From an uncultured Bacilli bacterium (lineage in GTDB: Bacteria; Bacillota_I; Bacilli_A; RFN20; CAG-826), in NCBI GenBank assembly GCA_944358865.1, contig CALVRV010000006.1:1-57382 (forward strand): DNA of 57,382 nucleotides. Direction: 5' to 3'. The notes under the pieces were generated by a model. That model worked only from the letters and a program-made list of their open reading frames with translations. It did not search any database and was not told the origin of the DNA. Below are positions 1 to 9,816 of this stretch, in pieces. Made by a program: the position numbers and the translations under genes. Numbering within the stretch: the stretch's first letter is position 1; every line of letters begins with the position of its first letter.

Positions 1-2
1 TG

Positions 3-827
3 GAAGCTTGTCCTCAACGTATAAAAATTGTTAGAATTACTCGAAAAGAAGACACAAACGCTTTTTCTATTCTAAGTAATGAAAAATTTGATGAGGTTTG
101 GAACGATCCATTACTTAAGTACTCAAACATTATGTCGAGTTTATTTTATAAAGTTGTTGTGTTATGCGAAAGTGATTCGGATTGTAAGATGTATTCTATT
201 GTAGAGAACTTTATTAAGCAGACTGAAGGAAAGTATTCTGAAGTGCTTTTTATACACTGTGGTGGTAAACATCGCATTGCGAAAATTTCAACTTCGATGC
301 GTGCACTAAATATTGATATTCGGTTGATTCTAGACATTGATGTTTTAAATGATGAAACGATATTTAGGAATATTGTAAAAGCATATGGTATTGATTGGAC
401 GAGTCTCCAAAGTGATTATAATATTATCGTTTCAAACCTACATAGTCCAAAGGAAAAGATTAACAGAAATGATGCTAAAACAACAATCAATAGGGTATTG
501 GACGCCTCTGAGAATCAAGAATTATCTAATCTTGAAATAAAAGATATTCGATCAACCATTAGTACAATTTCAAAATGGGATGCTTTGAAATCTTATGGAA
601 TTTTAGCTATTCCAGCAGGTGATGCACGTGTCGCATTTAAACAATTGGAGCAAATACTACGGAAAAATGGAATATATATTGTCCCAGTTGGCGAACTAGA
701 GGGATTTGTGAAGGAAGTCGGTGGCCATGGTCCAGATTGGGTTAACAAAGTTCTTGAAAGATACCCCGATTTAAGTACAGAAGTGTATGTACAGATAAAA
801 CAATTCATTTTAGAAATGAATCTATGA
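3..827 (+). CDS. 3' part of an OLD-family/ATP-dependent endonuclease (TOPRIM domain), truncated by the window start
   Basis: The frame is open from nt 3 (EACPQRIKIVRITR...WNDPLLKYSNIMSSLFY). TOPRIM-type motifs VVLCESDSD, HCGGK and LDIDVL, plus C-terminal VPVGELE. Confidence 0.7.
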   Translation, partial: EACPQRIKIVRITRKEDTNAFSILSNEKFDEVWNDPLLKYSNIMSSLFYKVVVLCESDSDCKMYSIVENFIKQTEGKYSEVLFIHCGGKHRIAKISTSMRALNIDIRLILDIDVLNDETIFRNIVKAYGIDWTSLQSDYNIIVSNLHSPKEKINRNDAKTTINRVLDASENQELSNLEIKDIRSTISTISKWDALKSYGILAIPAGDARVAFKQLEQILRKNGIYIVPVGELEGFVKEVGGHGPDWVNKVLERYPDLSTEVYVQIKQFILEMNL

Positions 828-834
828 AATTAAG

Positions 835-869
835 AATCTCAAGCTATCCAAGTGCTGTAGCTTGGGATT
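835..869 (+). terminator. Stem-loop after the TOPRIM gene
   Basis: AATCTCAAGCTA...TAGCTTGGGATT inverted repeat (one G-U pair) just after the stop codon; weak U tail. Confidence 0.4.
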
Positions 870-912
870 TCCCACTGTCAGAATTATTTTTTGTCGCGGG
901 CTTGACATAAGG

Positions 913-1440
913 GTGCCGCAACTTGTGAAAACGAATGACGGGAAGATTGTTCTGCACAAGAAATGATTTGAAATGCGTCGTCAGGGTGGCGAGGCGGATA
1001 AGTTTGCCTACTTTATCCACACAAACATAATCTCGATACAGCCGATTATAGTATTGCCACTATTTTTCGGCGCACTTTTGCCGCTCTCTTTTCAAAATTA
1101 AGCAGAATATCTTTTACGATGGGTAACAGCAGCAAAGTTCGCATACTCGATTGATTTTTCATTTTGTCCTTTGTAACCAAAACTCTCTTTCCAATAACCT
1201 CGCATTGCACTACGGCATGGTCAAGCGTTATCGTATTATTTTCAAAATTGATCGCACTCCGACGCAAACCGCATACTTCGTCCTCCGCAGACCATATATT
1301 GCGATCAACTTATATATGTATTCGTAAGGATTGCCTTGCAATTTCTAAAAGAGCGTCAGCATCTGTTTCGTAGTATAAAATTTGGCTTTGAACTTCGGGG
1401 ATTTTGGTCGCTCCACTTTATCGGCGGGATTGATCAGTGA
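913..1440 (-). pseudogene. Tyrosine recombinase/integrase remnant
   Basis: Minus-strand fragments: INPADKVERPK..FY; in-frame TAG at 1345-1347; YGLRR/(frameshift)EVCGLRRSAINFENNTITL (box I); KNQSSMRTL; further lesions; DYVCVDKVGKLIR...IRFHKLRH (box II). The catalytic Tyr region is absent. Confidence 0.85.
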
Positions 1441-1581
1441 TAAAAGCAATATAATTTTTACGAATTGGTTATTTTTATATTACCGCTACCACGAAGTTTG
1501 GATTAATTTATTAATATCTTTTGAATATGGAAATAATATTGTTTAAATTCAATAAAAAAATATAAAAATAGATTTAATTTA

Positions 1582-2088
1582 TTAGCTATCTTTAAAGGAT
1601 TCTTTTGGATTAGCTAAAAATTCCATATTTTGGAAATTGAATTTTTTAGTTTTCCCGACAATTGAAGTAGATAAGGTAATTGTATCTATAGAGGTGAAAC
1701 CTTGCTTATAATATAATTTTAAAGCACTTAGATTATTAGGCGCTACTTCGATTTGAACACGTGGATTTCCTTTTGCTAAAACAATTTCTTTAATCTTTTT
1801 TAAAGCAAAACTTGCTAATCCTTTTCTTCTAAATTCTGGCTTTATATAAAGATATTCAATGTTATTTGTATAGCCATATTTTTCATTAACAAAAGTAAAA
1901 CCAGCAATGTTATCATCAAGCATAATAAGATAGCCAAAGCATTTTGGAGAAAGCATTCTTCTTATGTCTTCTAAAATATCTTCATCGCTTGCTTCAACTA
2001 GTTGAGTATGCCAAAAATCTTTAAGCATTAACGATAATTCATTTAGATCACATAAAGCAATTTTTCTTAAACTTTTTTTATTTGTCAT
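1582..2088 (-). CDS. GNAT-family N-acetyltransferase
   Basis: IEYLYIKPEFRRKGLAS acetyl-CoA motif A and NLSALKLYYKQGF motif B. Start placed at ATG 2088, directly behind a promoter. Confidence 0.85.
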   Translation of the reverse strand: MTNKKSLRKIALCDLNELSLMLKDFWHTQLVEASDEDILEDIRRMLSPKCFGYLIMLDDNIAGFTFVNEKYGYTNNIEYLYIKPEFRRKGLASFALKKIKEIVLAKGNPRVQIEVAPNNLSALKLYYKQGFTSIDTITLSTSIVGKTKKFNFQNMEFLANPKESFKDS

Positions 2089-2094
2089 AGTTAA

Positions 2095-2123
2095 AGCATA
2101 ACAAAAAGTTTGCAAAAAAGCAA
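2095..2123 (-). promoter_or_regulatory. Sigma-A promoter of the GNAT gene (leaderless type)
   Basis: Minus strand TTGCTT-17 nt-TATGCT with a TGn extension, 6 nt before the ATG, no SD. Confidence 0.55.
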
Positions 2124-2149
2124 ATTTTACGCCGTTTTTGCAAACTTTT
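2104..2149. repeat. 15-bp perfect inverted repeat (terminator of the lipoprotein operon or an operator)
   Basis: AAAAGTTTGCAAAAA-16 nt-TTTTTGCAAACTTTT, overlapping the GNAT promoter. Confidence 0.6.
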
Positions 2150-2177
2150 CCAAATGAATTGCAATTTTATTTATTGA

Positions 2178-3959
2178 TTAAATAATGTTATATTTTCCAT
2201 CTAAACATGTTATAGCGTTATCTGTAATAGCGGTTCCATTATGCCAGTTAGATGATAATTGTATCTGTTGAAATTGTTTTATTGTGCCAAGGTAATTTAT
2301 TGTTAAAGAATAAGTTTGATCTGAACTTGGCATATCTAGATACATGTTTTCAAATGCATCTCCTATGCTTTTTAAAGTGGTTGGTAAGGTAATTATAAAG
2401 ACGCTTCTTTGATACATAAAAGATGCGTTTTCTAATCTTATAACACCTTCATTTACAATAAAATCAGCATTAGTTTTGCCCATAGGATAGGTAATTAAAA
2501 TTTTACCTTCATCCGTGTTTTGATATAAAACAGAATCAATAATTTCAAAATGTTGATTTTCTTCTATTGTAAAATTATTATTTTGACCTAAACGTAAAAT
2601 ACCTGCGAAAGGATTATAACCTATTTTAGTTAGACTACTTGGAAGGTTGATTGATTCAATGTTATTTGCACGTTCAAAAGCGTAATTACCAATTTCTTCT
2701 AATCCGTCATTGAAATTAACCTTTACTAGGTTAAAACATTGAGAGAATACTGAATTTCCAATCCTTTTTAAAGAATTAGGAAATGTTATGCTTTCAATAG
2801 GAACTGAAACAAATGCTTGATCTTGTATTTCTAATAACCCTTCATTAAATATAATTTCTTTTAAATTACGGCAATAATTAAATGCGTATTCAGGAATTAT
2901 TTGTAAACTTGAAGGAATTGCAATAGATTTTAAATTAGAACAGCTATAAAAGGCTTGAACACCAAGAGTTGTTAAATTGCTAGATAAAATAACTTCTTCT
3001 AGAGCAGATTGTTGGAAAGCAGAGCCACCAATATCTGTCACACTATTAGGAATAGTTAAAGTTGAAATATTGCTATTTGCCAAGGCGTATTCATCAATTT
3101 TTTCTAATCCGTTATTTAATTGTATTTGTCTTACATTTCTTAAATTAGATAAAGCTTCAATTCCAATAATTAATGTATCATCTAAAAGAGTAATTTCTTG
3201 TTTTTGATAATTTTCACCAGCTTTAATTAATTTATGATTAATTTTGTCATATAAAATGCCATCACTAGATATAAAATTAGTGTTTGCATCATCTACATAA
3301 ATGTTTTCAAGCGAATAAGAAGCAGAGCCAAACGCATAGTCTTCAATTTCCTTTACATTTTTACCTATTTGATAAGAATGAACATCACGATTACTTAAAG
3401 CATAACCATCTATTTTTGTGACTGGATATGTAACATTATCGATAATTACTTCATCAGGTATAATGACTGGATCAGGAATTAAAGTTACATTTGGTTGTTC
3501 ATATTTAACCAAAGTGGCTTCATTATTTTCTATTATGAAAGAAAAATCATCAATGCTAGTAGCGATTTTTTCAAAATAAACATCAACAATATTATTGCCT
3601 TGGCTAACATTAAAAATATAATAATTGTCTCTTTGTTCCATATTTTCTTGATTTATTAATATGCGGTCAAGATAATATCCAAAAGATTTTTGACAATCAA
3701 TAACTACAATATCACCAACATCAACAACATCATCAAAATTATCACTATTTAAAATAACACCATCAAAATAAGCATTAACTTGACCATCACCATAAATATT
3801 TATTTCAAATGATAATTTATCATCGTTTTGACTTGTTGTTGTCGTAGATGAAGAAGTAGATTGATTAGATGAAGAAAAGTCATTAACAGTGCAACTAATT
3901 AGGCTAAGCGAAAATACCATTAATGATAACGCAAATAAATGTCGATATTTGTTAGTCAT
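2178..3959 (-). CDS. Lipoprotein with BspA-type leucine-rich repeats (LRR_5)
   Basis: Lipobox LISC, S/T linker, repeated IxxxAFxxCxxLxxIxIPxSL units. Confidence 0.85.
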   Translation of the reverse strand: MTNKYRHLFALSLMVFSLSLISCTVNDFSSSNQSTSSSTTTTSQNDDKLSFEINIYGDGQVNAYFDGVILNSDNFDDVVDVGDIVVIDCQKSFGYYLDRILINQENMEQRDNYYIFNVSQGNNIVDVYFEKIATSIDDFSFIIENNEATLVKYEQPNVTLIPDPVIIPDEVIIDNVTYPVTKIDGYALSNRDVHSYQIGKNVKEIEDYAFGSASYSLENIYVDDANTNFISSDGILYDKINHKLIKAGENYQKQEITLLDDTLIIGIEALSNLRNVRQIQLNNGLEKIDEYALANSNISTLTIPNSVTDIGGSAFQQSALEEVILSSNLTTLGVQAFYSCSNLKSIAIPSSLQIIPEYAFNYCRNLKEIIFNEGLLEIQDQAFVSVPIESITFPNSLKRIGNSVFSQCFNLVKVNFNDGLEEIGNYAFERANNIESINLPSSLTKIGYNPFAGILRLGQNNNFTIEENQHFEIIDSVLYQNTDEGKILITYPMGKTNADFIVNEGVIRLENASFMYQRSVFIITLPTTLKSIGDAFENMYLDMPSSDQTYSLTINYLGTIKQFQQIQLSSNWHNGTAITDNAITCLDGKYNII

Positions 3960-3971
3960 TAGATTATCTCC

Positions 3972-5495
3972 TTATTGATTTATTATATCATCTAATGAGA
4001 CATTATTAAGATCTGTGAATGTAACATTAATTGTGCCATTATAAATAATTGCGTTCATAGTGTCAACATAGGCATAATCAGCGTCTAAAGTTGATAAATC
4101 ACTATTTTCATCTAATGTAAGTGTAAATGTTGGTGCTTCTTCAAAACCATCAATTTTAAATGGTTGTTTGTCGATTAAGAAACAATCATTTAATGATGAT
4201 TTTGCATCTTCTAAAACTGTATAAGCATTATTTTCACTATCAAAAGTAAACAAAGCACCAGAAACACCGCTGATAATTGGACACAAATCACTATATACAT
4301 ATTTGCCATTATATCCGTTGGCAAATAAGATATTTCCTTCGCTATCAGTGACGCCATTTTCTACTAATTGATATGATTGAGAATTTTCATCATACATATA
4401 AGGATATAAAGTATTATCAGCATCACTTAAAGGAGCAAGATAATAGTCGTTTTCTAAATTAATATCACTTGTTTCATTTTCTAAGACTTTATGAACATAA
4501 ATTTCACGATTAGTAAAATAATAATCAAAAATTTCACTAAATTCTTCTGTTGTTTCTAAATTCATGTTGTTAGCGCTATATTGATTAGTGACACGCATTT
4601 TAAAACTACTATCTTTAAATTTAGCTAAAGCATTAGTTAAAATATTAGCGTCATTATTTTCTTCATAAGGAGTAACGTGTTTTATTGTTTCTTGACCAAT
4701 GTTAGAAAAAGTAAAACTAATATCATTAGTTATCATTGAAATTGTTCCAGACATCGAATCATAACTTAATGTTGCTGCAAGAGTAACAAACATTTGGCTA
4801 AAAACGCCATTATCAACACGAATATAAGCTTCTGTTGGTAAAGCATAGGCACCTGTATTTAATGAATAAAGTAAATTATTAGTGACTATTCCAACTTTGT
4901 CAACGTTTAAATCATATCTAGTATAAGATGAAACATTATTATTTAATGTAAAATCTTCTTCAATAAATATTTTAAAGAAATTATAAAAACCGTTATCTGC
5001 AAATGTTAAGCCTTTAGTAGAAGAAGATACAGAAGTATCATATGTTTTTATTATTTCGTTTGCGTAATTTATTTCTTCACTATAAGCATAACCATCTTCA
5101 TCTTCAAAAAAGACATATGGTCCTTCAGCGGTTACTTTTTCATTATGAATGTATTGATAAGAATGTTTATAAAAAGCATTTTCGCTTCCGCTATTAAAAC
5201 TAATATCAGTAAAATATGTGTTTTCTTCAATTGGATCACCAACAGGAATATAGGAACCATTAACATATCCAGCTTGATAACGTTTTTGAATTACGTTACC
5301 GCTTATAGAAAATCCTTTTAAAAGATTTAACATATTTTCTTTAATAATTGGATCATTAAATTCTTCTACTTCATTTTCGCTTGTAAATGGTGGAGTGGAA
5401 GTTGAAGAATTAGATGAAGAAACATCATTAGTTTGACATCCTGCTAAAGTCAAAAGTGCTGTTAGTGATAATAAAGCAATTTTATTTAATTTCAT
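3972..5495 (-). CDS. Acidic lipoprotein of unknown function
   Basis: Lipobox LAGC, S/T linker, GGAGG SD; paralogous to 5510..7006. Confidence 0.8.
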   Translation of the reverse strand: MKLNKIALLSLTALLTLAGCQTNDVSSSNSSTSTPPFTSENEVEEFNDPIIKENMLNLLKGFSISGNVIQKRYQAGYVNGSYIPVGDPIEENTYFTDISFNSGSENAFYKHSYQYIHNEKVTAEGPYVFFEDEDGYAYSEEINYANEIIKTYDTSVSSSTKGLTFADNGFYNFFKIFIEEDFTLNNNVSSYTRYDLNVDKVGIVTNNLLYSLNTGAYALPTEAYIRVDNGVFSQMFVTLAATLSYDSMSGTISMITNDISFTFSNIGQETIKHVTPYEENNDANILTNALAKFKDSSFKMRVTNQYSANNMNLETTEEFSEIFDYYFTNREIYVHKVLENETSDINLENDYYLAPLSDADNTLYPYMYDENSQSYQLVENGVTDSEGNILFANGYNGKYVYSDLCPIISGVSGALFTFDSENNAYTVLEDAKSSLNDCFLIDKQPFKIDGFEEAPTFTLTLDENSDLSTLDADYAYVDTMNAIIYNGTINVTFTDLNNVSLDDIINQ

Positions 5496-5509
5496 TTTCA
5501 AGACCCTCC

Positions 5510-7006
5510 TTATGCATAAACAATATCAAAACTTGGTTTTGAATCTCCTAAATCTGAATAAGAAATGACCATTAAACCAGAATAGCCATTGCTATCAGCG
5601 TATTTAATATCAATATGATCAATACAAGTTTCATCATCGTTTACATAGATTCTTACATCATTAACATAACCTTGATTAACTTGATTAAATGTATCAAGAT
5701 AACTCATAAAGATATCTCGAGTAATATATGGAAGATTATCTTCTGTAGGTGAATATGAACCATCTTCATTAATGTTGAAAATATCAGCACTTAAAATTGA
5801 TAAATCATATTTTAAATCAGAATAAGAATATATATTATCGATATTGGAATAATTACTTGGATTTAAATAAAAAGTATTAGTAATATCATCTAATTGATAC
5901 ACTCTTAAATTACCATTTGGAATAGCTTTTTTTAAGATGTAGTCACTTAAAGAAGGACTTGTTGGTGCACTTTGACCTTCGCTTAATGTATAGGATTGTG
6001 AATAAATACCTTCATCTTCACCCATATAGTAGGAAGTCAAATAATTATCTTCACCAGAGTAAACACCATTAATATATGGTTCAATTTTTCTTGTAACAGT
6101 AACTTCTTGTTTTTCAACCATATTTGCAAGAGCGTTTCTTAATGGATCGTTTTCTTCTTTATATGGTTCAACAGCGATTAAATCTTGACTAGTCGCAGTG
6201 CCAATATTTGAAAAAGTTAAATCTACTTCATAGTTATAACGAATATAAGTTTGATGATATGGATCATCTTCACTAGGAACAGTAGAAGTATGATTAGAAT
6301 CAATATTTTGTGAAACAATAGTGGCTTTATCTAAAGTTCCGTCATGAAAATTAAAAGTACTTGTTTTAAAGACGATATTTTGTTGATAATCTTCAACAAT
6401 TGAAAATAATTGTGTAAACAAAATTGAAGTTTTTAAATTGCTTAATGTAAATCCTTCATCACCTTTAACAAAATCTTCTCTTTGTATTAAGGTAAATGGG
6501 TTAAGTAATCCATTTGTGCCATAAGGAACTAATTCATTGTTTTCATCAACCGCGTAACCAGTAACTAATTGATTGTTATAATCTAGATAATTTAAACCAG
6601 CATATCCATCCAAGTTATAGACGTTTTCACCATAATAATATACTTTAGTAGTAGTGTTGTTTGCTTCATCTTCTATAACTTCATAATAACGACGGTCTAA
6701 ACCAGTATATGATTCACTATTTTCATAATTAATAGTAACTGAATAAACAACCTTATCACTACTTAAAAGATTGTCTGGAACTTGAAAATAACTATCAGCA
6801 AAATAATTTTTAGTAATTGTTAATGTACCTTCAAGAGTAAATCCATTTCTTAAATTATCTATTGTATCATTTATTAACTCAACGTCACTATTTTGACTTG
6901 ATGTGTCTTTAGAAGTAGTTGATGATGTTTCTGTTTGAGCTTGACATCCACTTAACGCTGCTAAAGATAATAAAATAGTAGGTAATAAAATTTTAAATTG
7001 TTTCAT
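5510..7006 (-). CDS. Acidic lipoprotein of unknown function
   Basis: Lipobox LSGC, S/T linker, AGAGG SD; paralogous to 3972..5495. Confidence 0.8.
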   Translation of the reverse strand: MKQFKILLPTILLSLAALSGCQAQTETSSTTSKDTSSQNSDVELINDTIDNLRNGFTLEGTLTITKNYFADSYFQVPDNLLSSDKVVYSVTINYENSESYTGLDRRYYEVIEDEANNTTTKVYYYGENVYNLDGYAGLNYLDYNNQLVTGYAVDENNELVPYGTNGLLNPFTLIQREDFVKGDEGFTLSNLKTSILFTQLFSIVEDYQQNIVFKTSTFNFHDGTLDKATIVSQNIDSNHTSTVPSEDDPYHQTYIRYNYEVDLTFSNIGTATSQDLIAVEPYKEENDPLRNALANMVEKQEVTVTRKIEPYINGVYSGEDNYLTSYYMGEDEGIYSQSYTLSEGQSAPTSPSLSDYILKKAIPNGNLRVYQLDDITNTFYLNPSNYSNIDNIYSYSDLKYDLSILSADIFNINEDGSYSPTEDNLPYITRDIFMSYLDTFNQVNQGYVNDVRIYVNDDETCIDHIDIKYADSNGYSGLMVISYSDLGDSKPSFDIVYA

Positions 7007-7025
7007 TTTTTCTAACCTCTTTTAT

Positions 7026-8501
7026 TTAATTTTTCCATGTAACAGTTATTGTTAAATCTTCTTTGACCATTGAGAATTGTAAAACATTACCATTTAGTTG
7101 ACCTTCCCAACTTTCCATTTCATCGCCATTAAAATAAACTTTATCAACTAAAAGATCGCCATTTTCAAAAGTCACTGTGACTTGTTGAGTGCGGTGAGCA
7201 GTAGTGATAATATTTCCATCTTCATCACAAATAGTAGCAGTAGCGTTACTATCTTGTGGGTCAAAGACTATAGAATAATAAATATATTTTGCAGTAATTG
7301 ATAAATTAACATCTTTATCAGCAAAAGTAATTGAATAATAGCCATCATCATTTTCTGTAGCAGCAACATTATCAATTAAAACGTCATCAATTTCATATGT
7401 TCCTTCATAAATAACTTTGATTGAAGTTTTAAAATAAATTGTCGTGCCACTTTCAAATCTACTTGTTGGAGCGTAGAAGTCTAAAATTTCTTCATATTGG
7501 CCATTATTTAAACGATAAAAAGTTGTATCGATAAAATCATCAACGTTTAAATTAACTAAATATGAATCACTTGTAACAACTTCAGTTTTGATATTGACAG
7601 TTACATCATGATTTGGCATCGTAAAACGATAACCATCATTATTTTCAATGATTCTACCATCTAATGTAACTTCAACAACTTCATAATTAAATTTCGGTGA
7701 TATTTGCATATAAACATTTGTACCTTGTGTAACACTAGAAGGTTGAATTTGAGATAAAGAATATTCATCAATTAAAATAATTCCTTCGCTATCAAAGGCT
7801 TCACTATCATAAACTAAATTTACAGAATATGAAGCAATAGGAGATATTTTTAAAGTAGCTGCCTTGGCAGGCATTGTAAAAGTAAAATATCCTTCTGATT
7901 GTGATAATTGAGTGTCATCTAATGTCACACTAAGACTAGTTGAGGCACCGTTGACCTTTAAAAAATATGATTCATTTGGTTCTAAATCATAAACATTTTC
8001 ACTAGTTGGGAATACTTCCATACTATCTTTTAAACCAATGACAATAATTTCTTCGGAATCACTTTCATTTACAACAGTCAATGGATAAGTATCTAAGATT
8101 ACATCTGTAGTTAGGCAAGAAATTGTTACATCTTGATTAGGCATTAAAAAATAATATGACATCGAACCATCTTGCATGACAGTTACATCACTAACATCAA
8201 CATTGACGGATTGAACTTGCTTGCCATCAGGAACGCTTACAACATCAACATCAACTCTTTGTCCGCTTTGAGCAGATAATGGTTCAATATTTAGTTCAAC
8301 ACCATTAGTTTCACCAACAGTGATTTGAAATGTTTGAGCCTCGCTTGTGGTCGTAGTAGTGGAACTATCAGAAGATGTACCACTTGTTGTAGAAGATAAA
8401 GAAGAACTATTTTCAACAGTGGTACAAGAAGTAATAAGTAAGATTGATGCTAACCCTAGGGTTAATAATTTTATCTTACTTTTCATAGTTTTATTTTCCA
8501 T
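7026..8501 (-). CDS. Lipoprotein with repeated beta-rich domains (InlB B-repeat-like)
   Basis: Lipobox ITSC, S/T linker, about five repeats ending YYFLMPNQDVTI / FTFTMPAKAATL / YRFTMPNHDVTV / YSITFADKDVNL / LQFSMVKEDLTI. Confidence 0.75.
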   Translation of the reverse strand: MENKTMKSKIKLLTLGLASILLITSCTTVENSSSLSSTTSGTSSDSSTTTTTSEAQTFQITVGETNGVELNIEPLSAQSGQRVDVDVVSVPDGKQVQSVNVDVSDVTVMQDGSMSYYFLMPNQDVTISCLTTDVILDTYPLTVVNESDSEEIIVIGLKDSMEVFPTSENVYDLEPNESYFLKVNGASTSLSVTLDDTQLSQSEGYFTFTMPAKAATLKISPIASYSVNLVYDSEAFDSEGIILIDEYSLSQIQPSSVTQGTNVYMQISPKFNYEVVEVTLDGRIIENNDGYRFTMPNHDVTVNIKTEVVTSDSYLVNLNVDDFIDTTFYRLNNGQYEEILDFYAPTSRFESGTTIYFKTSIKVIYEGTYEIDDVLIDNVAATENDDGYYSITFADKDVNLSITAKYIYYSIVFDPQDSNATATICDEDGNIITTAHRTQQVTVTFENGDLLVDKVYFNGDEMESWEGQLNGNVLQFSMVKEDLTITVTWKN

Positions 8502-8631
8502 AAATCTTTTTCCTTTCTCTTTTTTAAAAAATATAGCAAAATATTATCATATTAAATTATTAATTTAAAACTTTTTATTATTTTTTGATAAAATACTAGG
8601 TTTTCTTTATGTTTTGTCTTAAAATAAAAAT

Positions 8632-9654
8632 ATGAGAAAAAATAATCTTTTAAGTCCTGGAAATCTTTTAGACAAAAATGGAAATTTAACTGAATGTGGT
8701 TATTCAACATCACTAGTAAAAAATTTTAATAGAGAAAATTTAAAAACATCTAAATTAAAATTAAAACAATGGGATTATTATTATCTAGGCGATGAAAATT
8801 TTGGTGTTGCTGTCACAATTGATGACAATGGTTATATGGGTTTAACTAGTGTCTCGTTGCTCGATTTTAAAAACAAAATTATTTACGAAGCAAGCAAGAT
8901 GTTTGCGTTCCCACTTGGAAAAGTTAATATGCCAGTGACTAGTGAGACTGGTGATGTATCTTATAAACAAAAAGGATTTGACTTTAATTTTTACAATAAC
9001 AATGGCAGTCGTCATCTTGTCTGCAAAGTAGATAATTTAAAAGGCAAAGAATTTTCTTTAGATGTTCATCTAGAAAAAACAACACCTCATTCCATGGTAA
9101 TAGTCACACCATTTTTAAAAAGAAGACATTTTTATTACAATCAAAAAATAAATAATTTAAAAGTAAGTGGACATTTTTGCTTTGGTGATTTGAAATATGA
9201 TTTTAATCAAACAGCGTATGGTGTTTTAGATTGGGGTAGAGGCGTTTGGACTTACAGTAATACTTGGTATTGGTCAAGTTTAAATGGCTTTGAAAATGGT
9301 CATCACATAGGTTTTAATTTAGGATATGGTTTTGGCGATACTTCAAATGCAAGTGAAAACATTGTTTTCTATGATCAAGAAGTTTGTAAATTTGGCGATA
9401 TTGTTTTTGATATACCAAAAGAAAATAATAAATTGAATTTTATTAAGCCGTGGAAAATTTATGATGATGAAGGTTTAATAAATCTAAACTTTTATCCAAT
9501 TATAGATCGTCATGCAAAAATTAATGCTTTAATTTTAGGACAAGATTCCCATCAGGTTTTTGGTTATTTTAATGGGGAAATAAAAACAAAAGATAAGATT
9601 ATTAAAATTAATCATCTTCTAGGTTTCGCTGAAAAGGTTAAAAATCGTTGGTAA
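8632..9654 (+). CDS. DUF2804-family protein
   Basis: KQWDYY, FYYNQK, LDWGRGVW..NTWYW, GFNLGYGFGDTS.ASEN, HQVFG and C-terminal NRW motifs. Confidence 0.75.
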   Translation: MRKNNLLSPGNLLDKNGNLTECGYSTSLVKNFNRENLKTSKLKLKQWDYYYLGDENFGVAVTIDDNGYMGLTSVSLLDFKNKIIYEASKMFAFPLGKVNMPVTSETGDVSYKQKGFDFNFYNNNGSRHLVCKVDNLKGKEFSLDVHLEKTTPHSMVIVTPFLKRRHFYYNQKINNLKVSGHFCFGDLKYDFNQTAYGVLDWGRGVWTYSNTWYWSSLNGFENGHHIGFNLGYGFGDTSNASENIVFYDQEVCKFGDIVFDIPKENNKLNFIKPWKIYDDEGLINLNFYPIIDRHAKINALILGQDSHQVFGYFNGEIKTKDKIIKINHLLGFAEKVKNRW

Positions 9655-9816
9655 TTTTTACATAATTTATAAACGTTTTTTCATAGCTTTAAAATAGAAT
9701 TATATTTATGAAATTTATACAATTTATTTTTAATTATTCGATGGTAAAAAATTTTTTAGAAATTTTATCAACATATGACTAAATTTGTGATAGCATTTTT
9801 ACTAGGAAGTGATTTT

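Noticed and set aside
1164-1373. Plus-strand 69-aa ORF
   Set aside because: It is the antisense of the integrase pseudogene.
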